Shown piece by piece: positions 53,790-61,800 of a DNA stretch of 64,000 nt. The stretch is taken from positions 903-64,902 of the forward strand of contig JBBDXA010000231.1 in the NCBI GenBank assembly GCA_040902585.1, read 5' to 3'. The notes beneath the pieces are model-generated. The model saw only the letters and a program-made list of their open reading frames with translations. It made no database searches and was not told the origin of the DNA. This DNA is from Phycisphaeraceae bacterium. Its GTDB lineage: Bacteria > Planctomycetota > Phycisphaerae > Phycisphaerales > Phycisphaeraceae. Each line of letters opens with the position of its first letter. The first letter of the stretch is position 1. The position numbers and the translations under genes are program-made.

Positions 53790-53970
53790 TCGTGCCGCTG
53801 CGAGGCCGACTCAACTGCGGGCCCTTCCCGGCCATGGCGACGGAGGCGACCCGGTCGTTGCGTCCGTCATTCATCCAGATGCCATCGCGTTTGCGCTCGT
53901 AGGCGGTGCCGGGGTTGTCCACGCACGAAGCAGATGACCGTCTTTGAAATTCGTACACAACCCCCGGCTT
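53790..53970 (-). pseudogene. Decayed fragment paralogous to the island 493-aa gene (14314..15795)
   Basis: VVYEFQRRSSASCVDNPGTAYERKRDGIWMNDGRNDRVASVAMAG aligns with PVYRLEPRTKPSVIAGNACEKKRDGIWLNDNRNDIVASVAIAA. Nucleotide identity is also visible (CCAGATGCCATCGCGTTT in both). No intact ORF context. Confidence 0.6.
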
Positions 53971-53989
53971 CCGCCGGGCGCTATTCCGC

Positions 53990-55900
53990 TCACGGATTCT
54001 GAATCGTATCCAGCGCCAGCTTCGCCGCGGCCGCAAGCTTCGCGTCGTTACCGCGCGAGGCCTGGAGCAGTGCAGCCCTCGCCTGCGGGCCCATCAGGCC
54101 TAAGGTGTGGACCGTCGCGTCGCGCACCTGTTTGTCTTCATCCTGCAAAGACAACAACAGCACATGCGACGCGGGTGATGCGTCTTCGCCGATCTGGCCC
54201 ATGATGTCGATCACGTGCAGCCGGGTTTTGGTGTCCGCATCGCCCAGCGACTTGGCCAGTCCGGTGATCGCTTCGCGGCCGAGCTTCACCAGCGCCAGCC
54301 GCGCGGCGAGCGCGACCTGTTCATCCTCATCCTTGAGCGCCTTGATCAGCGGATACACAGCCGACGGTGCCTGCGAACCGATGCGGGCGATGGCATTGGC
54401 GGCCCCGGCGCGGGTGCGGAAATCCTCATCGGAAAGAGCGCGGATCAGAGCGGGGATCGCCGTCTCATTGCCCGGCGCGATGCGCGAGAGGGCGAACGAA
54501 GCGGCATCGCGAGCTTCGGCGGATTCATCTTTCAAGGCGTTGATGAGCGGCGTGATCGAGAGCCGCGCGGGCGGACCGATGCGCGCCAGACCCGAGGCGG
54601 CTGCGGAACGAACGCGGGCGTCCTTGTCCTGTAGCAGACGATTCAATGGCGCGACGCAGTCGATCAGATCGAGCATGCCCAGACCCTCCGCAGCGGCGCG
54701 GCGAACGGTCCACTCCTCATGCTTCGCCGCCTCCGCCAGCGGCTCCAGGGCATCGCGGCCGATCTTCGCCATCGCCTGCACCGCATCGGCGCGGACCTTC
54801 GGATCATCCGTCCTCAGCGCTTCGCCCAGCGCGGGAAGTGCCTTGCTGCTGTGCGTGTTGCCCAGGGCCGCGACCGCCGCTTCGCGCACGAAGGGGTCTT
54901 GATCCTTCAGCGCGTTGTGGAGAATGGGAATGGTTTCCTCGCGCTCCATCGCGCCCAGCGCGGTGATGGCCGATTGCCGCAAGCCCGCTTCCTTGTCGCC
55001 GGCCGCGCCCGCCAGGGCGTCGATCGCGTCCTTGCCGATGCGCGCCATCGCGGTGACCGCCTGTTCGCGCACGCGTTCATCCTCGTCGTTAAGCACGCGC
55101 ACGAGTTGTTCGGCGGTCTTGATCGTGCCGATCACGTTCAGCGCATAGGCCGCGGCCCAGCGCTTCTGCCAGTCTTCATGCTTCAGCAACTGGCCCAGCG
55201 CGGGGATCGCCGGCTCACCGGTTTCCGCCAGCGCGAGGATCGCCGAGTCGCGTACGCCGCGGTCTTCATCTTCCATCGCCGTGATCAGGATCGGCACGGC
55301 CTCGACATGCTTGATCTTGCCGAGCACCTGAGCCGCCAGCACGCGCACAGCCAGGTCTTTGTCCTTGACCGCGGGCTTGAGGTGTTCGATGGCGGGTTGG
55401 CCGAGCTTGACGAGCAGTTGGGCTGCGACATCGCGCACGCGCAGGCTTTCATCGCGCAGGGCCAGGACCATCGGCTGCGGCGCGGGAGAACCGGTCACCT
55501 GACCGAGGGCGAGGATCGCGCTGACGCGCACTTCCGTGTCTTTGTCGTCGAGCAGCGTTTTGAGCGCGGGTTCGGCATCGCGGGCGGCGGTGCCGATGTT
55601 GCCCAGCGTCTGCGCCACGCCGGCGCGCACGGCAGGAAACTCATCATTGAGCGCCTCAGTCAGCGCGGGCACAGCCTCGGCGGCGTCGGTGCCCAGGGCG
55701 TACAGAGCGCCGGCTGCCCGCATGCGGAAGTCCGGATCGCGGTCCTTCAGCAGGTTCGCCCAGTGGGCAGCCGTCTCGCCGCGGAAGGTGACTTGTGATT
55801 TGGCCTGACCTTCGCCGGTCTGCCCTTTGCCGCAGCCGGGCACCAGCGCCAGGGCGGCGACAACGATCAACATAAGCATTCTGAAAGACCACGAAGTCAT
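53990..55900 (-). CDS. HEAT / PBS-lyase-repeat lipoprotein
   Basis: Lipobox LVPGCG, then an array of roughly 30-aa repeats of the form D.D..VR..A..ALG.IG..A.PAL...L.D. Confidence 0.88.
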   Translation of the reverse strand: MTSWSFRMLMLIVVAALALVPGCGKGQTGEGQAKSQVTFRGETAAHWANLLKDRDPDFRMRAAGALYALGTDAAEAVPALTEALNDEFPAVRAGVAQTLGNIGTAARDAEPALKTLLDDKDTEVRVSAILALGQVTGSPAPQPMVLALRDESLRVRDVAAQLLVKLGQPAIEHLKPAVKDKDLAVRVLAAQVLGKIKHVEAVPILITAMEDEDRGVRDSAILALAETGEPAIPALGQLLKHEDWQKRWAAAYALNVIGTIKTAEQLVRVLNDEDERVREQAVTAMARIGKDAIDALAGAAGDKEAGLRQSAITALGAMEREETIPILHNALKDQDPFVREAAVAALGNTHSSKALPALGEALRTDDPKVRADAVQAMAKIGRDALEPLAEAAKHEEWTVRRAAAEGLGMLDLIDCVAPLNRLLQDKDARVRSAAASGLARIGPPARLSITPLINALKDESAEARDAASFALSRIAPGNETAIPALIRALSDEDFRTRAGAANAIARIGSQAPSAVYPLIKALKDEDEQVALAARLALVKLGREAITGLAKSLGDADTKTRLHVIDIMGQIGEDASPASHVLLLSLQDEDKQVRDATVHTLGLMGPQARAALLQASRGNDAKLAAAAKLALDTIQNP

Positions 55901-56106
55901 GTGCGACCTCCCTGATTGACGCGGCTGACGGAAGCGGCGATCCGATAACGGCGAATGCCGTGCGATACCGGATCGCGAGTTCGATACGACCGCGCCCCAT
56001 CGCGCGAGCGCGGCAACCCGCCCTTTTCATCGGCTACAACGGCACGCATCTCAATGAATACGGACTAATCGGATACGGATTGGCTCGCGGCTGGGTTCGG
56101 ACCCGG

Positions 56107-56209
56107 AGCACCATCCCGACAGGGTGGTGCTATCAGCGAACGATTGTTCGAGGGTGCCCACTCGCAACAGGAATCCGTCAGCTCACAGCACCACCCTGTC
56201 GGGATGGTG
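56107..56209. repeat. Dispersed about-104-nt element, copy A (self-hairpin termini in inverted orientation)
   Basis: AGCACCATCCCGACAGGGTGGTGCT (56107-56131), a core with CGAGGGTGCCCACTCG, then AGCACCACCCTGTCGGGATGGTG (56187-56209). Near-identical to copy B. It supplies the last 9 codons and the stop of the YihY gene. Confidence 0.85.
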
Positions 56210-57764
56210 AATCCGCGGGAGTACTCTCGGAAGAGTTTACCTCGCTATCGGACTCTGCCTTCACCGCCGGCTCCGCCAGCAGTCCCGCCAGCGTCTGGCC
56301 GTTGACGGCGTCGCGCTGCACCTGCGTCATGCGTCGGAGGAACTGCCAGCCCGCCTGTTGCCGAGCCGGCCCGCTGCCTTCGCGGATGGATTCGGAAATC
56401 GCCAGCAGGCGGGCCAGATCGATCTGCTCCGGCGGCCGCGCGAGTGAATAACACGCGGCGTGGTCATCACCCTGCACCACGCGATGAATCAGTTCCGCCT
56501 TCTCGAGCTTCAGGCAGAGCGACACGACGAGACGATCCGGCAGGTTCAACCGATCCGCCAATTTGTAGCTGTCGAGCGCTTTGCCTTCGCCAAAGGCGTG
56601 ACCGATCTGCGTCATGATGGGGATGATCCACTGCGGGTCGCCATCCAGATGCTGTTGTTGTTGCGGCACAGGCAAAGCGTATTTGAACTGCCTGCCGCCC
56701 ATCGCCTGGAGGGTGTAGGTCAGTTCGAGACCGAAGAGGACGATCCACCAGGTGATATAAATCCAGAAGAGAAACAGGGGCAGCAGGCCGAGCACGCCGT
56801 AGAGTTTGGCGTAAGGCAGGAACTTGCTGACGTAGAGCGAGAAGCCGAACTTACCTGTCTCCCAGAGCACCGCCGCGGCGAACGAGCCCGCCAGCGCGGT
56901 GCCGACGTTGACCGTGGTATTGGGCATAAGCTTGTAGAGAAGGAAAAGCAACAACCAGCTCGCCGCCAGCGCGAAAAGGCTGCTGGACCAGCCGACGATC
57001 GCGCTGAGGACGGGGATACCCTCCGCTGCGCTGACTAATTGTCCGGCGACGGACAGACTGGCCCAGACCAGCACGGGACCAAGCGTGATGACGGCCCAGT
57101 AGATGGGAATGCGCCGCAGCCAGGGCCGCCCCTGCGGGCTGTTGAACACGCGATTGAAACTGAGCTCGATGGTGACCGCCAGTTCGATCGCCGCCCAGAG
57201 GAAGAGTACGAAACCGACAGCCCCGACGCTCTTGAAGTCGATGCGCGACACCGATTCGGTGACCTTCGTCAGCATGGTGTCGGCACCGATCATCTTCTGG
57301 GCATCGAGCTCCGCCTGCTTGGCTTTGTCGATCGGGCCTTCGCCGGGCCCTGGCGGCGGCGCGGGCGGGTCGTCCAGCAGTGTGCCGGTATCCGGATTCT
57401 TCGCCTTTTCCTTCGCCGCGTCCTGAGCATCGATGATGATTTGGGCGTCGGTCGGCAGCCGGACCGTGTCTATCCCCATCATCCGATACGCCAGCGGCTG
57501 AAGCTCCTTGCGCACCTGATCCAGTCCGCCGAAAGCCTGGAACACGAGCAACACCATCACCAGGAGAGGCACCAGACTGAATATCGTTCGATAGGTCAGG
57601 GCCGCCGCCATCTCACCGGCGCGGTCGTGACGCAAGGCCCGCGAGCAGTGCAGCACCAGATCAATGCAGTAGCGCAGAAACCGCTGGGCCCGATTGAGCT
57701 CGCCCACCGGACTGTTCACCACCCGGCGAAGAAACTGCGTGATGTGATTCAAAAGCTTACGCAT
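56178..57764 (-). CDS. YihY/BrkB-family membrane protein with an internal low-complexity insert and a C-terminal winged-helix-like domain
   Basis: AAALTYRTIFSLVPLLV signature and multiple TM segments. C-terminal LADRLNLPDRLVVSLCLKLEKAELIHRV. At 528 aa it is longer than the roughly 300 aa I recall as typical for this family. Confidence 0.85.
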   Translation of the reverse strand: MRKLLNHITQFLRRVVNSPVGELNRAQRFLRYCIDLVLHCSRALRHDRAGEMAAALTYRTIFSLVPLLVMVLLVFQAFGGLDQVRKELQPLAYRMMGIDTVRLPTDAQIIIDAQDAAKEKAKNPDTGTLLDDPPAPPPGPGEGPIDKAKQAELDAQKMIGADTMLTKVTESVSRIDFKSVGAVGFVLFLWAAIELAVTIELSFNRVFNSPQGRPWLRRIPIYWAVITLGPVLVWASLSVAGQLVSAAEGIPVLSAIVGWSSSLFALAASWLLLFLLYKLMPNTTVNVGTALAGSFAAAVLWETGKFGFSLYVSKFLPYAKLYGVLGLLPLFLFWIYITWWIVLFGLELTYTLQAMGGRQFKYALPVPQQQQHLDGDPQWIIPIMTQIGHAFGEGKALDSYKLADRLNLPDRLVVSLCLKLEKAELIHRVVQGDDHAACYSLARPPEQIDLARLLAISESIREGSGPARQQAGWQFLRRMTQVQRDAVNGQTLAGLLAEPAVKAESDSEVNSSESTPADSPSRQGGAVS

Positions 57765-57816
57765 GGTCTACCATCTTATCGGTGATCGAAGCGAAGCGAT
57801 CAGCGGGAGAGCGATC

Positions 57817-57934
57817 AGCTATGAGCTATGAGCTATGAGCTTTCAGCTTGATTCCGCCGTCGTTTGGTTATCTGACTTTGTGATTCAGTTTTCTGGCTGA
57901 TAGCTGATAGCTGATAGCTCATAGCTGATAGCTT
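57817..57934. repeat. Two heptanucleotide tandem arrays forming an imperfect hairpin
   Basis: Read from the sequence: (AGCTATG)x3.5 at 57817-57841 and (AGCTGAT/AGCTCAT)x5.5 at 57896-57934. The right array abuts the yidD stop codon (57936). Confidence 0.85.
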
Positions 57935-57935
57935 C

Positions 57936-58145
57936 TCACGCCGGATCGATTCCGCTGCCGCCCCAGGGATGGCAGCGGCAGATGCGCTTGATGCCGCGCC
58001 AGCCGCCGCGGAGCGCGCCGTGCTTGTGGATGGCGTCGATCATGTACTGGCTGCACGAAGGGTGAAACCGGCAGTGCCCGCCCATCAGCCTGCCGAGCGT
58101 GACGCGGTAGCAATGCACGAAGAAGATGAAGAGCTTTGAGAGCAT
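57936..58145 (-). CDS. yidD: Membrane protein insertion efficiency factor YidD
   Basis: Trimmed to MLSKLFIFF. CRFHPSCSQYMIDAIHKHG..RICRCHPWG signature. Confidence 0.88.
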   Translation of the reverse strand: MLSKLFIFFVHCYRVTLGRLMGGHCRFHPSCSQYMIDAIHKHGALRGGWRGIKRICRCHPWGGSGIDPA

Positions 58146-58157
58146 GGGCGTGGGAAA

Positions 58158-58371
58158 GCAGAAAATCAGAAAATCAGAAAAGCACAAACAGGAACGGATC
58201 AATCAAGCCCGATGGCGAGTCTTCGAGCCGTCGGGGTATCGGGGCAACAGGGCACGACAACCTTCAGAATACCCCAACGGCTCGAAGACTCGCCATTGGG
58301 CTTGGAATCTTACGTCTCATGACCCGATTCATTTTCTGCTTTTCTGCTTTCCTGCTTTTTTGCTTTTCTGC
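58158..58371. repeat. About-214-nt nested palindrome between rnpA and yidD
   Basis: Inner 35-bp stem (58205-58239 pairs with 58269-58303; 33 Watson-Crick pairs, 1 G-U and 1 C-A) with a 29-nt loop. Outer arms are GCAGAAAATCAGAAAATCAGAAAAGCA (58158-58184) and TTTTCTGCTTTTCTGCTTTCCTGCTTTTTTGCTTTTCTGC (58332-58371). Confidence 0.85.
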
Positions 58372-58744
58372 CCCACTCCAGATGCAGCGAACGGATCGCC
58401 GAGAACAGCAACCGCTGATACTCCGCCAGTTGCAGCGGTTCGTGCGGGCGAACGATGCAGACCACGTCATAACCCAGCGGCCAGTCGTGCTGGGCGATGC
58501 GGAAGGCTTCGCGCAGGAGACGCTTGATGCGGTTGCGGCGCACGGCATTGCCGCAGCGCCGCCCGATGCTGATGCCAAAGCGCAGGTGCGGCAGATCGTT
58601 GGGGATCGCCATCGCCGTGAGCGGACCGGCGTTCTTGCGCACCTTGGCGTCGAAGATGCGCGCAAAGGCGTTGCGCCCGGACAGGCGCAGGCGCGGGCTG
58701 TAGGCGTAATCCTTTGCGGGCGGGTTGGTGGATTCGTCTGACAT
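58310..58744 (-). CDS. rnpA: Ribonuclease P protein component; C-terminal about 20 aa encoded by the palindrome's outer arm
   Basis: RLRLSGRNAFARIFD..RFGISIGRRCGNAVRRNRIKRLLREAFR signature. Start set at MSDESTN (58744) because the longer start lies inside repeat copy B. Tail GRKAKKQESRKAENESGHET comes from repeat DNA. Confidence 0.85.
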   Translation of the reverse strand: MSDESTNPPAKDYAYSPRLRLSGRNAFARIFDAKVRKNAGPLTAMAIPNDLPHLRFGISIGRRCGNAVRRNRIKRLLREAFRIAQHDWPLGYDVVCIVRPHEPLQLAEYQRLLFSAIRSLHLEWGRKAKKQESRKAENESGHET

Positions 58745-58751
58745 GATCGGG

Positions 58752-58855
58752 AGCACCATCCCGACAGGGTGGTGCTATTGACGAACGATAATCGAGGGTG
58801 CCCACTCGCAACTGAAGTCCGTAAGCCAACAGCACCACCCTGTCGGGATGGTGCT
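58752..58855. repeat. Dispersed about-104-nt element, copy B
   Basis: AGCACCATCCCGACAGGGTGGTGCT (58752-58776), core, then AGCACCACCCTGTCGGGATGGTGCT (58831-58855). Same orientation as copy A. It sits between the oxidoreductase stop (58871) and the rnpA start. Confidence 0.85.
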
Positions 58856-58870
58856 GCCTGCGCGGCGACC

Positions 58871-61800
58871 TTACACCCTTGACTTCGGCTTCATCTGATC
58901 CGGATTGGTCACCTTCACCACGGGCAGGTGCAGCAGCGCCGGCTCCGGCGCGGGCGGTTCCAGTTCCTCGGCAATGATGTGAGCCGCGGGCGGTTCGAAG
59001 AGAATCGGGTCCTGTTTCAGGAGCGACTCGGCTCGCTGCCGCGCTGATTCCATCTTGGGATAGCGCACCTCGCGGAAGCCGGTGACCGGCTCGACCACGC
59101 CGAGGATCGCCACCCACTGCTCGTAAGCGCGCGGGCCCTTGTCCGTCGTCCAGTCCAGGCGCGAAACCAGGCCCTCGTACCAGTCGCGGAACTCGCGCTC
59201 CTTCTTGTGCCAGCCCGGCATCACTTTGCGCAGCCAGCGCATTCGGCTGAGCATGCGAAGCTGCCAGTCCCGGCTCTTCCAGTTGAAGCGGAACGTGTGA
59301 CCGAACAGCACGAACTCCGGCTTGTTGTGATGCTTGTACTGAATCTTGTCGCCATTGGCCGGGTTGACGTTGAACCGGCGGCGATCGGAACGGTACTTCT
59401 CCGGACTCGTGTAGAGCGCGGCACAGTAAATTTCATCCTTGATGAGCATCGCCTTGGCGAGGTTCCACACCACGGCCCGCGTCAGGCGGTAGCCGCGGGC
59501 GGTGTCGTCCGCGTGGAACACTTTCACGACCTGGTTGGCGTAGCGCTCGGCGTAATCGAGCCCGCCCCAGACGAAACAGTCATACGCACGGATCACGAAA
59601 TCGCGCATGAGAGGATCGGGTATGCGAAGCCCACGCACCTGGCGCAGGACGCGCTTGATGAGCACGCGGAACTGCTTGGCGACGCGCTTGCCTTTGCGCC
59701 CGCCGCCGTGCATCGCACGCATGGTGTTCACCTTGCGGCGAAACGCCTTGACCGAGGTTTCGTATTCGTGACGGGCCTCGACGATGAACAGGTCCGGGCG
59801 CACCGCGATCTTGCGGCCGATGTTGAACGCGCGAATGTTGCGATCCACATCCGAACGGATCACGCTGCGGATCGACCTGTCGATCACCTCCAGCGTCAAA
59901 GGCAGGAAGCCCTTCTGGAAGGCGATGCCCAGCATCATGATGTTGGCGTAGAGCTTCGAGTCCAGCACCCGTTCACACAGGTCGCCCACATTAAAATTGA
60001 AGCATTGACCTTCGCGCGTGTAGGTGCGGATCGAGCTTTCCAGATCGCCCGTGCGGAAATCATCCTTGCCCATCAGGGCGAGAATGGTGGGCGTCTTGGC
60101 GGTGTTGATCACGGCTGCGGTGCGCTGCGGCGAAGCCACGCGGTAAGGATGCGAAGGATCGAGCGAACGCGCCGCTTCGAGCAGGTCGATGCCCAAGAGC
60201 AGGTCGGCTTTGCCGTAGGGAATGATGGGCGTGGTGAAATGCGATTGCGGATTCAATGATTGCGGATTGCGGATCGCGGATTGCGGATTGCCTGACTCCT
60301 GACCCCTGACGCCTGACTCCTGTCCCCTGACTCCTGTCTCCTGATTCCGCGTGTACACCAACTGGCTGAACACGCCGCCGTTGCGGATCGCCAGGCCTTT
60401 CTTATCGAGGAACTGCACCTCGTAGCCCATCTCGTGGCCAGCGGTGACGAGGATCGAAGTCGCCACGCCGATGCCCATGCCGCCCACGCCGGAGAGGTAG
60501 CATCGCCACGTGTCCTGATCCGCATGGATCGGCCTGGGCGGCTCAGGCAGGTCCGACAGATTCACATGTTCATCCGCCATGCGCGGGGCCTGTTTGCGGA
60601 AGATGGTGACTTCCTCAAAGCTCGGGCAGGCGTTGATGCGCTGACACGCGCCGTCGTTGACGCACCAGGAAAGATCGGTCTGAATCTTCGGGCCGTAGTC
60701 GGTATCGGCGATCTTCAGACCGGGACACCCTGTCTGGTTGGTGCATTCCAGGCAGAACTCGCAGACCTCCGTCGAGACGTTCATGAACGTCTTGCGCGGA
60801 AGGTAGCCGTTCTCGCGATAGGTCTTGCGTTCCTCGCTTCTGGCGCGGCGATGAAACGTGATGCCGCATTCTTTGTCCGCGATGACAATCTTCACGCCGT
60901 CGGAAAGAATCGTCTTCTCTAATAGTTTGCGGTAACGGTCGCGATCCGCCGGGTTGATGCGGACGATCGTGACATCCTTCGAGAGAGCCTTGGGGATCAT
61001 CGCCGTGACGATGCGCTCGATGTCCTGCGCGAACATCGGCTGGCCCATCAGGTCAATATCCACACCCGCGTGGCCCTGGTGGCCGGTCATCGCGGTGGTC
61101 TTGTTTTCGAGGATGATGAAGGTGATGTCCTGTCCGCTGCTGATCGCGTGACTGATGGCGATCTGCCCGGAGTGGAAGAAGGTGCCGTCGCCCATGAACA
61201 CGAGCTGCTTGTTGTCGATGAAGGGATCAACGCCGCTGCCTGTGCCGCCGCCGAGCCCCATGCCCGAATAGTTATGCATCAGCGGCTTGTTGGGCTCGAA
61301 CATCAGCATCGTGTAGCAGCCCGTGTCGCCGTGGGAGACGAGATCGACAGGCTTGCGCTTGTGCTTGCTCAGCATGTACTGCGGATCGAGCATGTCCTTG
61401 CGCAGCTCGAGCAGCACGTTGGACGAATCGCGATGCGGACAGCCGGGGCAGAACGCAGGCGTGCGTGAAGGCACGTGCATGCGATAAGTAGCCGTTTCTT
61501 CGATGCGCGAGAGTTCCGCCGTGAGCCGGCCGTTGGTCAGTTCGTACGGTAGGCCCGAGTGTTTCTGAAGCAGCGGTACGAGCCGTTCGATGAGCAGCGA
61601 AGGATTCAGCCCGCGCGTCGAAGGAATGCCCGCCAGCGGTTTGGGGAAGCTCTTGCCGAACAGGTCCACCTTCAGCTCGCCCGCTTGAATGAGCGGACTC
61701 AAGATTTCCAGCACCTGACGCTCGACGAAGCCGCGACGTTCTTCGATGACCACGACCTGTTCACATTGCCGGGCGAAGTCCGTGACGATCGCCTCATCCA

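Noticed and set aside
58205-58303. Strand assignment of the 35-bp inner stem from G-U wobble pairs, as evidence for an antisense transcript.
   Set aside because: Of the two non-Watson-Crick positions, one is G-U on the plus strand and the other is G-U on the minus strand. There is no net strand preference.
57817-60347. CRISPR array, suggested by the many short tandem repeats.
   Set aside because: The units are 7-9 nt and directly abutting, with no spacers. No cas genes are present. They are simple-sequence tandem arrays and palindromes.
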